The translations under genes were made by a program, and so were the position numbers. A DNA stretch of 63,781 nucleotides, counting the filler, from Collodictyon triciliatum (Eukaryota): assembly GCA_043381765.1 (NCBI GenBank). It is 6 parts of 6 records of this genome, joined end to end, with 100 filler letters (N's around TTAATTAATTAA, not from the genome) between each part and the next. Parts side by side here need not be neighbours in the genome. Positions count along the whole stretch, not along the records: positions 1 to 13,092 come from JBHJMP010002052.1; positions 13,193 to 26,281 come from JBHJMP010002053.1; 4 more parts are not named here. One strand, 5' to 3'. Below are positions 1-13,916 of the stretch, in pieces. The notes beneath the pieces were generated by a model. That model worked only from the letters and a program-made list of their open reading frames with translations. It did no database searches and had not been told where the DNA came from. Every line of letters starts with the position of its first letter. Position 1 is the stretch's first letter.

Positions 1-411
1 GTCTTCGTCTTTGAAGAGTTCGTTCTCGATCGCACTTTTTAATCGTGGTACGTCAGCCACGAATGATCGATCGGGAGGTTCCGTTTCCCGATGCAAGCTC
101 GACCCTGCACGAGGCTGACTGTCGCCAGCCTCGCGCCTGGTCTCACTGGAGTCCATCGATGGTTGAATTAAACCAGCCGAGATCGAAGAGGACCTCGCTG
201 CACTTTTAATCGAATAAAGGAAAAAAACATGCCTTGGAGTGAATAACATGATTGGAATATCAATAATTACCAAAGTATAAAGACTGATTAAAAATATAAT
301 GAATGGAAACTGTTGAAAAATAAAGAAAATAATTAAATACACTCCAATGTTGTAAGTTTCTAAAGAGAATGATATAATCATTGATTTATGTTTGTTTAAT
401 CTTTGTATTGA

Positions 412-3400
412 TTAATCCAACAACGGATCAGATAATCGTTTTCCATTCTTCAGATTTTTCATATTGACCAATTTTCGCTTGATTTCGCCACTTCTGAATA
501 AAGGAATCACAAAAGCGGTTGACGTAAAATAAAGCAGCCATAGTGAGTTCGCTCCAATTAACAAAACTGTAATCCAAGATTGCGAGTCAAAAAGAGCTGA
601 CATGAGCGAAAGGAAGAAGGACAAAAAAATAATGTAGAGGCTGGACAACTCCATCTGATTTTCAATTTTCGAGTTGTAAGGCTTATACTCTTTTTGCATC
701 CAAATTGAGCCCTAATAGTTTGTGCTTGATTTAATATTAATTTTCAAAAATATTATCCCATATTGCACCATATAAATAAATATTTAATCAACCTGAATAA
801 CGATGATGAGAAGCACGAAGAAAACCGCTGGGCTTGTGTATGGAATGACACTGAGAACAAACGAAAAAGCGATGCGGCGTGCGACTATGACAAACTCCCA
901 ATACCTGAAGGTCTAAATAATGTTATTCTCATAAATAATTCCCAATTGATAATGCAAAAAGAAGAAAATTGAATTCAGTACCTCTTTGTATGGCAAGTAA
1001 AGGAATCCATATCGCGCTCCTGGTTCGTATCCAGGTCTTTCTGCCATGATTTTCACTTTCCAAAGAACAAAAGCAGGCAGACCGACCAAGAAAAGAAAGA
1101 AAACCGGAACAGATATTGCAAGCAGGTTTTGATATTCATCCAAAGCTGGGCTGCATTGAATCCAGGGCTTGAAATTCAGATACCATTTATTCACACCTTC
1201 GTCATAAACAGTGCATCCAAAAACACCAAACACCTCTCTTGCAACCGAGTAGTATATAAAAAACAGAAGATTCAAAGTAATGAAAACAGCCTGCAATAAG
1301 TTATTAATTTAGTACTACTAAAGATGAAGCTGAAACAAATATGAAAAATTTATAATTGAACATTATCTTTTCATCCTTACTTTGTTCTGCTTGTGTCCAT
1401 ATCCAAAATAGTACGTGGCTGAGCCAACAACGATAAAGATTGGTATTCTTGCAAAACTGAACATCAGAGAAGCAAACACATCGTCTACTCCAAGGACACA
1501 GGAAAGGTTGGGAAATTGGATTGAACCAATTGACGATGAAACATCAATGAAACTGTTTGCATCTTCTGAAAGAACGAGTCCACTAGAAACAATCGACAGT
1601 GTTTGCATGTGGAACATTATAATTCTGAGTTTCGCTACAAAAAATATTCTGATTAATTTAAGAGGAATCAAGTGAAAATAATTTAGTAACATCTACCTGA
1701 TTTTGATGTCTCTGTGAAATACAGATAGCTAATGAACATAAAAAATCCAATCGAACCAATACTCAGGGTTGAATAAATCGTTCTTTTATCGCATTTCACA
1801 CACGACCTGCCTTGACTTCCGTATCCATTCTGACATTTTGAACAGGCATTACCTTCATAGCCCTCTTGACACAGGTCTATGATTTCGACCGTCGTATTTG
1901 AATTCGAAATTTTCTCTGGAATCGACACATCACATGACTCGCGACGTGGACATGGCAGTATTGATTTCACAGAGGTAATGCTTGGTGAAGCATGGCATAA
2001 TTTCAATGACGTTCCATCAAGGCAATCACATCCTCTTGGGCATTGAACACAATTATTTCCAAAGCCAAAATATCCAGGTAAACATTTACAAAATTCAAAA
2101 TCATAATATTCTGGATTCAAGTCAACCTCCAACTCAATCAGACCAGATTTCGAGACTATGGAAGGACAAAGGTAGCGTTTCATTTCATCTTGTAGATTGA
2201 AAGATGTCGTAAAATTCATGAAATCAGGAAGAAAATTGGCTGTTCCGTGATTCATCGATGTTTTATTTAATCCCAGATACTCAAGCTTTGAAAATCCTAT
2301 GTACGATTCAGGAATGTTCCCAACAATCGGATTTCCAGTGAGGTCAAGGGAAGTCCATCTCAACAGATTTGTAAGTTCATCAAGCTTAGTGATGTTGTTG
2401 TTTTTAAGACTTAATGTTTTAACGTTAATGACATAGTTAGAAATCCTATAATTCAATGCTCCATTCAATTGGTTGTCATCAAGCAAAATATTTTCATAAA
2501 AGTAATCGTAATTTACTGAAGCTGGAACAATAAAAGCACCAACGTCTCCTGAAAATGAGTTATTTCTCAAATCAATGGTGACTAGATTCGGCAGATTCCA
2601 GAATAAATCAGGCATGCCTCCAGACAAATTATTATGGGACAAAACAAGTGATTTCAGTTCTGACAGTCCCTGAAAATAGGTTGGGACTGTGCCGTTCATT
2701 TTGTTCCAAGACAAGTCGATGTATTTAATTGAAGGCAATGACCAGTAATTGGGAATAGAGCCAGTGATTTGGTTTTCGCTCACATCTAGTCTTGTCAGAT
2801 TCTTAAGGTTGAACATGGGCAATGTGCCTGTCAACTTATTTCGGAACAATACTATTTCCTTGATTTTTTCGCAATATTTGAAATCTGGAACATATCCCTC
2901 CAACCGATTATCAAAAATAGATAAAAATTCCAGTTTAAGCATATTTGAAAAGTTTGGAATTGCGCCTAAAATTACTCATTAATGCTTGAGGAAATATGAA
3001 AATCAAAAGAAATAGAAAGGGAAAATAAGTAGAAATCACCATTAAGTCTATTTCTGTCAAAGTAAATTCTTAAAACGTTCGGAATTTCATTGAAGTTTGG
3101 AACTGTTCCTGTAATGTAAAGTTAGCTTCTTTTTATATTAATAATACGTGAAATAATGATTAAAACGTACCAGTCAACTGATTGTTGGAAAGATAAATTC
3201 TTGAAACATTCGGAATGTAACTGAAGTTTGGAACAGATTCTGTAATAAAAAGTTAGTTTTTCATCAATATTACATGAAATAATGATTAAAACTTACCAGT
3301 CAACTGATTGTTGGAAAGATAAATTCTTTCAAGATTAGGAATTCCACTGAAATTTGGAACTGTTCCTGTAATATAAAGTTAGCTCTGCATCAATAATGCA

Positions 3401-4799
3401 TGGAATTATAATAAAACTTACCATTCAATTGATTGCTGAAAAGATATATCTCAAAAACATTTGGAATCCCACTGAAGTTTGGAATTATTCCTGTAATATA
3501 AATTTAGCTTTGTACTTATAATATATGAGACAATAACAAAATTTACCGGTCAACTGGTTGCTGGAAATATCAATTATTTCAACATTTGGAATTCCACGGA
3601 AGTTTGGAACTGTTCCTGTAATAAGTATAAAAAATTAGTACTTGTATGCCATCATATATCATTACATAAAAAACAAACCATGAACTTTGCAGCTATAAAT
3701 CCAAAGAATCTGAACATTTGGCAACGCTGAGAAGTCAGGAAGAGTTCCTGACATGAAAAAATCATTAGAATTCAGAATAAATCATATTGGATGTTACTTG
3801 ATACCTGCGATTTTTTCGCTATCGCCAATGTATAATATCTTAAGCGACTGTATTCCAGAAAAATCCGGTATTGTTCCTTCCAATTCATTCCCATCAATAT
3901 CAAGGTAATCAATATTCGGCATTCCTTGAAAGTCTGGAATCGTTCCGGTGATTCGATTCACATAGAGATTCAGATACGTAATACTTGGGAGATTAAAATC
4001 TGGAAGATTTCCGTAAATGAAGTTGTATCTCATGTCCAAGGAATCCAACAATTGGAACTTCTCAAAAATAGCCGAGGCAGCTTCAATGTCACCGTTAAGG
4101 TTGTTTCCTGATATCCTGATTCTGAATATGGGACATGTGTTGTTCTACAAATATAAAGGAAATATGTTAAAAATGAAATCAAAAGAGTTTATCCTCATAC
4201 TGGGAATACCTTATAGTCTTCATCCGAACAGCTCTGATGGCATGATATTCCATACCAATCACAAATTGGAATAGTTTCATTCTTCCATCCGGTGTTCCGA
4301 AACCAATTATCGCCGCCAAGTGAATCGTAAAGTTGGACAAGCAGTTCGTATTGGGTCCCAGTATTTCCATCGGCCACACTTCGGTTCTCTCTATTCTCCA
4401 ACCCTCGTTCCCTGTTTCCACTTCGTTTTGGCGAATGAATTTCTTTGTAGAAGTCAGCCTTCCTAGATGTTAGTTTTCTTCCATAATTCCATTCAGCACC
4501 ATGTCCATTTTCTAGCGAGTATTCCCCATCTTTGCAGCCATTCATCAACCCTGGAAAGTTATCCTCACTCTCTTTTAACAAAGGACATGTCTCATCGTAG
4601 TAGCTCAACAGAATTTGGAATGCGTCTTCGACTTTCATGGAAAGCAACTCATCTCTTGAATACTGGCATCTGTTTTCCTTGTTTGAGTCATAAGCGTCCT
4701 CTATTAATATTCATAAATCAAAATATACCTTTGACGTAGATGAATTGAGGATGCCGCTGAAACAATGAAAACGATGGAAACAAAGGCAGTCAGAAGCAT
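412..4799 (-). CDS. Multi-exon LRR receptor-like protein: signal peptide, LRRNT cap, many LRRs, Cys-rich EGF-like region, C-terminal multi-pass (about 7TM) membrane domain
   Basis: MLLTAFVSIVFIVSAASS signal peptide at 4799; LRRNT-like 'QLYDSLGGDNW..GW..CDWYGISC'; extracellular LRR consensus (LxxLxLSxNxLxGxIP) in 1683-4140; CxC..C repeats; hydrophobic exons 412-1750; GT-AG introns. The exon1/2 junction phase is not cleanly resolved. Confidence 0.88.
3040..3747 (-). repeat. Six tandem 69-nt exons each encoding one 23-aa LRR (3040-3108, 3171-3239, 3297-3365, 3422-3490, 3547-3615, 3679-3747)
   Basis: About 125-132 bp period; e.g. GTVPNFSGIPNLERIYLSNNQLT; all introns phase 1 with GT..AG and partly similar intron sequence. 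Confidence 0.9.
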
Positions 4800-7700
4800 C
4801 GAATTTCTGGTTATATATTTAAATAAAGACTAATTAATCAAATATATTTATCACAGATTGAATTATGAAACGCACGTTGCAGGAATTTTGGGAGATGTAA
4901 TTCTCGATTCGAAGAAATTATCGCGTCGGAAATTAGTTTTTTTTTCATCTGGTGAGTGCATTCCTATCCTATTGCAACCTATTTCTCAGTATAAGTTGAA
5001 TATTATCAGTTCTACTGATATTTTATCCACCAAACATATGAATGTTCAGCAAATTTCATTTCAAGAATATTCAGTATTAAAGGAATTCTCTAATGGAAGT
5101 TTAATTTTGTGTCAATTTATCAAATATTATTGATTTTTCATGTGATATAATGTTGATACAATGAAAATAATGCATTATTTATAAAAATAAATCAACACAA
5201 ACATATTGCGTAGGAAAAAATGAATGAATTTTTCAGTGCACAATTTATTTTTCAATTCTATTTCATAATTTTTTACATTAACTGTCTTATTTATATTTTT
5301 AACTTTCCTTGTAATAAATCAATCTCATATTCGTAAACCACTTGTCTTTTTGTACACTCATATATCTTGATTCAGTATTTATAATCCTCTCTCATATTCA
5401 ACTTCATATAAACCAGGTAAATAATCTATTATTCAGTATCTCGAGATATTCACCGATAAGCTAAAACGTACAATTGCATATAAAAATGAATTTTGATAGA
5501 TAAGAGTACCATGAGTTTGTGCTTCATATGAGTTGAATCACGAATAAAATTATTTAAAAGAGAATGGAACTATTTGCATATAATCATTGTGACGGCTAGA
5601 ACTTAAGTCATTCCTAAAATTATAAATGCCAGTTCCAAATTTTAAAAAAAATATGTTCTTGGTTGTTGCATTCGTATAAATTATTATTCATTATCAAAAT
5701 GAAAAAAATGTTAGGATAAGAAGAACCATTTATTTGAATCCTCTTAGTGTTAACCATATAGTTACACAGTAATTAATCAAGCAATCAGAGGTTAAAACAA
5801 CCATATTATCAGATAATTTATATTAAATCATTTATTAAAGAAACCCTGTTTGCTTGACAATATCGAATAATTATTGTATGAGAAAAATGAAATCGTCCTT
5901 GAACATAGCTTCCGATAAAATTTGTTCTGGATTTAAAAGTCTAAAATTGAGTTTTTATGAAATCTTCCTTCAGTTAGCTGGATAACTAATTGTTTTAAGA
6001 CTATGCTTACTCATGAAGCACAACCATATGTGTATGGAAATGGCCAAGCGATGAGTGACATCCTAATATTCGGCAAACTCTCATAAACAACTGATTGAAA
6101 CACCAAAATATGTTTTGTGAGAGCTGGGTATCATCTCTAAGAGATTCAGTGATAAGCAATAAGTTTCACTATAGATTTGCATGTATTCATCTGTTTCATC
6201 GTGATTATTTCATTCTCTATAAAAAGGCTCTCAATTGTGGATTCTAATCAACCAACTCCCTTAAAAATCCAATCGTATGTCTGTTTCCATATTAATATTA
6301 TTCATTAAATCAAATCCAAAGCACTAATTAGTTATATCGATCAAAAATTGACTATGTTCTTTTGACTATTAATGGCGATATGTTTTATGTAAATCTTATA
6401 TTTCATTGAACTCTAAAACATGTCATTTTTAAGTTTTTTTGGAACCCAAGATAAAATCAGTGTTTATAAAAAGCTAAAACTCATTATGATACAAGAATAA
6501 AAAAGGTATTGATATTATTCAATTTTCAATCACAATCATTTCAAGAGATATTTTAGAACTGAAAGTTTAGCTATTCAATTGGTTTACATTTCTATCAATG
6601 CAGAAAAATTGAATCCTAGTATTCGAATATTTGATAGAAAAAAGATTAATTTAGATTATCAATATAATTGTATATGCATTAATACTTGTACTCGGCCATA
6701 TTTTGACCAAACAGGAATAAATAGAACAATATCAAGTATTTATTAATAAGATAGAATCACCAATATGAAACAATCATAGAAGACATACTGTATGTGGTGG
6801 ATTAAATAAATAAATCATCATATAAACCAACACAAATATACGACAATATAATTTATGCATAAAAAGGATTTTTTTAATATATTTGAACAATGGTAATCGT
6901 AAAACAACAAAAGGGCGCGAACTGTCTACCAAATCCTCGGTTAGTCGGGGGAACATAAAAATAATACATATCACAAATACCTTTTCATTACCTCTGATTG
7001 ATTTGGAATTGGAAGGGGGAGGGGTGGGTTTGTTGGATTTGATAAATCGACATCTAAATCTTTAAGGGAGAAAATTAAACTAATTTAGATGATATAACAA
7101 GATTAATTATCAAACGTTTCTTTATTGAGCGGTAAACTCACAAATCATTTCACTTGGAGAAACTAACAAGGTCTAGTTAGGTGAGGGATATGGGCGTGAA
7201 GCTGTGGACAAAAGATTGCAGGTCTGTCAAGGGGGAGGGGTGGTGTATCATTCAGCGGCAAACTGGTTTTTGCGGGATATGGTATGTGTTTTTCGATTTG
7301 GATATTATAATGGTTCATATGTAGGTTAGTTGGTTTTTTTAAATTCACATTTGATGCAAAAGTGTATCTATTGATTTAATTAAAACGGAATCTAAAATAC
7401 GGATACCAAGAGTCTGCAGATAATTAAGCTTCTCTAGAAGATACGCAATTTAAAGATTTTTTTTGTAGATTAAATATTCATGAGGTGATACGTAATACGA
7501 TTATTGAAAAATTAACGACGTAGCATGACTATTCCGTAGGCAGACCATTCATCTTGATTAAAATTTATTAGCGAATATATAGCTGATATTATTGTAAGTA
7601 CTACAATATTGATTTCATGTATTTTATGGTAGGATAAAATCTATCAACTGAATAATAAAATAACTAGGATGGCCAGACTCCGATGATAATTCTTAATTTT

Positions 7701-8800
7701 ATAGATTTTGTTCTATCATTAGTAATAGTTTTACAACTGAAATATTTTTAATTAAAACTATTCGACTTTATACATGCTGTATTTATTTTGGTAAATAGGT
7801 AACGTTTTCAAATTAAATAAAGTCTCCTTACCACAAAAAGGATACATGACTTTTGATTACAGAAATTTACAACCAATAATATTTATTTTTTTTTACTTTT
7901 TGGTCGGGAATGACTGGACAAAGACATACTCACTTCCACACACAACACAACCCAACACCAACACCGTACGTTCTTAGACCTTTACTTAAGACCATCGGGA
8001 AAACATGGAGCCGCCGATCCATCGCCCCTTCCCCCTCCTCCAAGTAGTAGATCGAAACAGTTCCCTTTCCCACGGATTTTGTCTTTTGTACCTTCCAATT
8101 GAAACTGTATCTGAGTTTTGTCCATGACTTTAGTAAGAACATTCTCCGATTCAAGATGAATGATTAATTCTTAATATGATATATTGAAAAAAATAATGCG
8201 ATTTTTCAGCTAGTCCATTAATTTGTCAGATTAAACCATTTATCAAAACGAGACCTATATTGAGAATGAAGTTTGATTGATAATCTGCTAAAAATTAGGC
8301 TTTATAAACATGTACTTAAAATGTGCGTATTTGGTTTTTCTATCGTTGAATATCAATAATGTGACGAATTTTCTGTCATACAAATTTAAATTTTTTTGTG
8401 TTTTCAATTATGATGAGAATTAGAAGGTAAAATTAGACGAGAATCATACTTTTTTAGTATCAGAATCTTGGTCAATCTGTCCCAAAGATTGCACTATTCT
8501 TTGTAATGCCCTCAAAATTTTGATTATAAGTTTTGATTATAAGTTTTTTTATTAATACAAAAATTAGATTAATGGTACTTGAAACCTTGAAATAAATTTC
8601 ATTTCGATGCTATGAATTGGCTTGGTCAAATTACTGTGTAACTTATTTATCACCAAAAAAATGAAAGCTCCAGAGTTCTTTGTAAGATGAAATGGTATGA
8701 CAGATGGGCCCTTTCTGAAAGTTCATGCAGTGCTTTATAAATGGTTTTTTTATTTCATCCTGAGAAATAATCAAAATATTTAAGTAGTTGAAAATTTTGT

Positions 8801-8980
8801 CCGGGTCTTCCTTATCCAAGCACAAGACCCAGACTACAGGCCAAACCGCAGGATGCAATTCCTGAATACCGACTACTTCTACGCCACCCGACCACCAAGT
8901 AGCGTCCATGCAAACGATGGCCAGCGAACCAAAGCCAATATCTCCACCGTCCTGCACAAAATGGAATGGAAGAAAAAAAA
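8801..8980 (+). mobile_element. 5'-truncated non-LTR retrotransposon (LINE) 3' end with A-tail and target-site duplication
   Basis: Closely matches the reverse complement of ~12520-12635 (shared ctacaggccaaaccgcaggatgcaattcctga); ends in an A8 run; flanked by tagttgaaaattttgt (8785-8800) and tagtcgaaaatattgt (8981-8996), 14/16 identical. Confidence 0.8.
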
Positions 8981-11900
8981 TAGTCGAAAATATTGTATTG
9001 ATTGTGTATATATTTTTATATTTCAGTGAAACCCCCTTTTTGACATCGTTGAAATTAACTCATGATTGATTTTATCCAACTTGGCTATTTTTCATTCATA
9101 CATTATTCAATATCATTTACGCCTTATGAAATGTAAAGGTAAAAATTAACTAGGATAGTAAAGAATCAGAATCTACTGTTTATTTGGAATAATAAAAATA
9201 CATGTAGAGATTTTCCCAAACATGTGTCATAAATGAATCTGGTTGATTAAAGTATGATTTTGAGATTCAAGGAGTCAAGTTGAACGGACGACGGTCTTCA
9301 GACTATTAGAACGGATAATTCATTATTTATGTATCCAAAATTGAGTAATACTGTAGTTGCTAATTCAAAAAAAAAATAAAGGTATGTTTCTCCAGAGTCT
9401 GCAAAAATAATTTACAATATTCTTGCCGGTTCCGCTAATGCCTATGCTGAAGAAGTTATGCTGGTTTGCCGGCTGCTATATGTTATCCGTTGAATACTAG
9501 ACATACATAAGTCAAGGATATTGGATTTGGAGTCGAATAGAATGAACGAATAGTAGGAATCTGATAGTAAAGGAGAGCAGGGTAGTCGCGTGTACTTTCG
9601 CCTCCAGGGATAATTTGGCCTCCGATCAAATTGAAGTCAGAGCCCTTGGTAGTCGCACCTCTTATAGGTTGTAACTATTCTCGACCCATCAATTGCATAT
9701 TGATGAGCCAAAAATCCAGATTCCATACGCTGCTGGCCTGAACTTCTCAACCGAAACGTGTCACTGCTTTCAACCAAGATGCAACAACTACGGCGTTCTG
9801 TAAATTTTTTTAACCACTTCATTCACTTGTACCGAATAAAGGAAAATATGTATAAACGAGGGATTTTTTTTTCCACCAATAGGCGAATCCCATGAAAAAG
9901 GCCGAGTTGAGAAGAGAAAAGCAAACAGATCAACAACCAACCTGAAAGCTAATCCAAGATCTAAGAGACGTTCTTAAAGTCTACGTTTGAAGGATCTCCA
10001 TCGAAGTGATCTTACTGTGGGCAGAGCAACCAGAGATTCAATCCCCCCCGAAGCTCTTGGCAAGAATCGCAAACTGTATGAGATTGGAATATAATTCACT
10101 TAAAATTCTTGGTAACAGCAAAATGAAAAGTCGGCTAAAGCTTCGATAAAATAAAAAATAGAATCAAGGGGTATTTCATATAGTGTGGATGCATGGCCAA
10201 CAATGCTTTGCAATATAAAGGCTCGGAAATCCGGAAGATGCCCAGCTCTCCTTGGCTCGCGAATATTTGTAATGATAAGGGCCCTAAACCCTTTGCAGGA
10301 AGCAGGAATAGTTGAATCTAATGTTATTTGGATATCTAAATAAGTTTTCATGTGTTTTGAGTTTTGGTCGGTTCGTGCGCAACATAACCCAGGGATTATG
10401 CTGGGCAAGACTAGAGCCAATCACATAAAGTTTTGTTGAAGGGACTCATCTCTGGCCCGTTCTTGTTTCTTTTATTTTATTTTTATTTGCCAGCTTTTGA
10501 TAGACTACCCCATTCTCGATCAAGTCTTTTGACTTTCTGACATAGGTAAAAGACTTGCTTAGGTTTAAACCTCCGCTTTTTATAGAAAATAAAAGTATGT
10601 TTTCATGTTAGGTTATTCAGTTTGCTTGACCTTATGTTGAACGGTGGCTTTTTTATTTGTGTTTTGTTAAAAATAATAAGTGTCCAAGCAAAAGGGATTC
10701 AATAGATCAGTTGTGTTGTGTTGGTCTTTGGCTTTTGTTCTTGACTGTTTGTGTGCTTTCGTTGGTGGAGATGTGCTTGTGCTGATGTTGGGGGTGTAGG
10801 TGTTTTCAATGTGTGCTTATGATTCGAGTCTGAAATTGTTCTTGCCGATTTGAAAAAGAGTTGGTCGGAGGTTGGAGGAGAAAGACATAGGTAAATTTAG
10901 TTTTCTTATTACAAACTCTAGCCGCGCAGAGAAATCCAAATCAAAAAATCATAGGAAAGTGATGGACGGAGCGAAGGGGAAAAAATGGGGCTAGTGTCTT
11001 GGTTAACTGAATAAGCGGTTTAGTGACTATATCCAAAGTAAATATAGCCAGGAATATATATATTGTTTTCTAATACTGCAACCCAATCCATCTCTTCCGT
11101 CACACTATCAACTCTTCGTCGATTATTCATTTTTTTTTGTAACGGCCTTTGAACAGAGGGAAATATTGCAACTGCACATAATAAAATGCGTACCTATGGA
11201 AAGTACATTCGCATTAACATCAACATTATCATATACATAACAAGAAACAAAAGCACTAGAACATCGCATTGTATCAGTTGAAGAGAAAAGCACATTATGC
11301 GCAACGAATGGCCCACATATCGACCTTATCCAATCAGGTATCTGATGGAAAGGGATGCAGTCCGTGATCTAAAAAACCAGTAAATCAAAGCACTTTGGTA
11401 CATTTCACTGCTGATTGTTGCTCTTGAAAGCACTGCAGGCGCATATCGCTATTGGAATCCAAAGTCTAGTTTACTAGCCTGTTAACTTCTTTCTTCTTTT
11501 CTTTCTTTTTTCAAAAGTTTATTGATCAAACACATCGCCAAAGATGAATACCGTTTCTTTTAAATGTATGTTTTTTGAAAAGGCTGATACTTGATGCGGG
11601 GTTAAGTGACGCGCACCACCTTTCGAGTATCTTTACTGACTCATTATAATGGCTTACAAAACCCAACACAAAGCAAAGGTTTGTGCTATAATCTTACTTT
11701 TTTTACTTTTCGAAAGGTATACATGATATTATTGGATATTCTGTAAAAACAATAACTAAGGAGATCACTGCTAGAAATCTCTTTTTTTTTTTTTTTGTAA
11801 GTTTCTGATCTCACACTGTCGCTAAGGTCAATGTGGCGCACTGATTTTTCCTTTTATATTTAGTTTAAAGAAAGTGTTTTATTATGATCCTACAGCCCGC

Positions 11901-12449
11901 CCTAGTTGTTGCGCCTTGGTTGAAAGCACGAACGCGTTTTGGATTCACATGCAGGTCGATGTAGTATAGAAACAAAATTCATGACTCATCTAAATATATA
12001 TCTATCGTGGGTCGAGCTTCATACAATCCTTAAAAGTTGTAATTACCAAAGGCCTGACTTGGATTCAATCCGAGGCCTAGCTTCCGGCAAAGTCTAAGTG
12101 TCGCAGCTGATTTAAATCAGACAATTAATGCGCAACCAGTAGACGCAACATGTAAAAGTCGCTAATTTTATTTAAAAAAAAGAACATTCAATTTGGATAT
12201 AATGCTGTATATTTGATTTTTTTGTATTGTTATTTGATTGAATGCCGTTTGCCCGTGATGAATATATGTATCTGAACTATGCTGACTCACTACAACTCAT
12301 TTCCTGAGTAACCCCATTCCACCATTTGATGCAAAGCTCTGTTTAAATGCATCGTCCAAAGAATCCATCGCGTTCGATTAACTTATTTTTCCACGAAGCC
12401 GAAGTCAAAGCCAATTTACTCTGCTTATAAACCCATCTTACCGGGCCAT

Positions 12450-13092
12450 TTTTTGCCATTTTATTTTGTTTATTTTTCTTTGCGTATGGAGATGGAGTTC
12501 CTGTCTCCAAGGCGGCAGCCATTGTTTGCATGGGCGCTACTTGTTGGCCGGGTGGCGAAGAAGTAGTCGGTAATCAGGAATTGCATCCTGCGGTTTGGCC
12601 TGTAGCCTGGGTTTTGTGCTTTCATGAAAAATACAAGGCGAGGTTGAATCTCTTTCTCAGCTTCTTTCCACGTGTCTCTTCTCACAGGGTCTGAGTAGTA
12701 GAGGACGTACATGTCGCGAAGAAAGCTATTGAGGAAAGAGATTTGTTTGATGTCATCCATCCTGCTATCGGGAATGGGTGGCTGGTTGTTGAATCTTGCT
12801 TTGCGTGAGTATATGCGTGCTATCCATATAGTCCATAGCAAATGGCCTCGCGCCACTGCCCATAATCTTCTTTCGCATCTGGATGCAGCTGTTGCAGAGG
12901 CCCAAATATCGCCTGGATTGGGCCAACAGCCGCAGCTGTCTTGAGTGTCAGCCGAAAAATCTCACCGGCTGTTTCGCACAGGTTTTGAGCGAAGGGACAT
13001 TGCACAAATGTGTGCTCAATGGATTCATCACCGTTGCTGCAAAGTGTGCATTGTTGGGAGACTTTGCCAGCTTTTGCCGCGCGTGTGCCTAT
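12450..13092 (-). mobile_element. LINE ORF2 C-terminal fragment with CCHC zinc-binding (zf-RVT-type) domain; frameshifted and cut by the scaffold end
   Basis: The minus strand reads CTLCSNGDESIEHTFVQCPFAQNL, followed after a frameshift near 12840 by LLWTIWIAR..RF, typical of the L1/Tx1-like ORF2 C-terminus. Confidence 0.82.
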
Positions 13093-13192
13093 NNNNNNNN
13101 NNNNNNNNNNNNNNNNNNNNNNNNNNNNNNNNNNNNTTAATTAATTAANNNNNNNNNNNNNNNNNNNNNNNNNNNNNNNNNNNNNNNNNNNN
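13093..13192. other. Artificial scaffold linker (N44-TTAATTAATTAA-N44); same linker at 26282-26381, 39468-39567, 52639-52738, 62446-62545
   Basis: Identical 100-nt spacer with stops in all six frames; segment lengths decrease along the window (13092, 13089, 13086, 13071, 9707). Confidence 0.97.
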
Positions 13193-13884
13193 TTTTCGTC
13201 TTCTTTTATTTCTTCTTCTTCTTCTTCTTGTTCAGTTTGTGCAATGTCCATATCACTCGGGGCTGGTCCTTCACTTGGTGCTACTCCTTGTAAATTTTGT
13301 GCGTCTTTATCAAATGGGTATTTGTCTGCTGATTCAAATTCATCTTCTTGTTGTTCAGGTGACATCTTTCTTGAAGGGGCTGCTGTACTAGGCTCGCTTA
13401 CGGCTTCTGGAAGAGCAGCACTTTTTTGAGGTGTGCGTGCCGGAGCTGAAGGTTGTACCTCAGGGGGTGCCATCGATTTTTTAGGCATAGAAGGAAGTCG
13501 CTCATCAGAGTATGTCCATATTTCTATTAGCTTCTGTTTGAGATTTTCAATGTCTGGGGTTTGTTGACTTTCCATTCCTAACTTAAATTTTATCCTTTCG
13601 TTTCTGTCGGCTCCATAAGGATACCCTGGAGATCCAACACCCGAAATTGAGTCGATTCTGTTCATTAATGTATATTCTATACTCGCATTTTCTGATTCAT
13701 ATCGAATTTCATCACTATATCCTGATTTTTTGACTGGTAAACCTAATACATACTCTGTAAGCTTACTATCTAGTTTTTCAGGTTTGGCTTTACCGCCTGG
13801 TCTATACATAGAATTAACATACTCTGTAATTCTTTCCCTTCTTTCTTCTAGTTTTTTCCTACTATGCCCCCCTTGTTTGCTCAT
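13193..13884 (-). CDS. Viral hypothetical protein (basic N-terminus, Pro/Ala/Glu-rich C-terminal part), 3'-truncated
   Basis: Open frame from MSKQGGHSRKK (ATG at 13884) into the linker; preceded by the TCT-N10-ATG motif. Confidence 0.65.
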
Positions 13885-13916
13885 GCTATACCCTAGATTT
13901 TTATCTGTGCCCCAGT
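13885..13916. promoter_or_regulatory. Putative bidirectional viral promoter (AGATTTTTATCT core, 13895-13906)
   Basis: Each strand presents TCT exactly 10 nt before an ATG (13884 minus, 13917 plus). Confidence 0.6.

Noticed and set aside
1-215. GC-rich scaffold start with repeated gcactttt(t)aatcg
   Set aside because: Only two short copies at a truncated edge; no element type can be supported.
3040-3747. Regularly spaced ~125-bp repeats resembling a CRISPR array
   Set aside because: The units are GT-AG-bounded exons that translate as LRRs; the context is eukaryotic and no cas genes are present.
13093-13192. Recurrent TTAATTAATTAA palindromes between N runs, and apparent adjacency of the LINE fragment to the virus
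   Set aside because: Artificial linkers; the flanking scaffolds are not physically linked.
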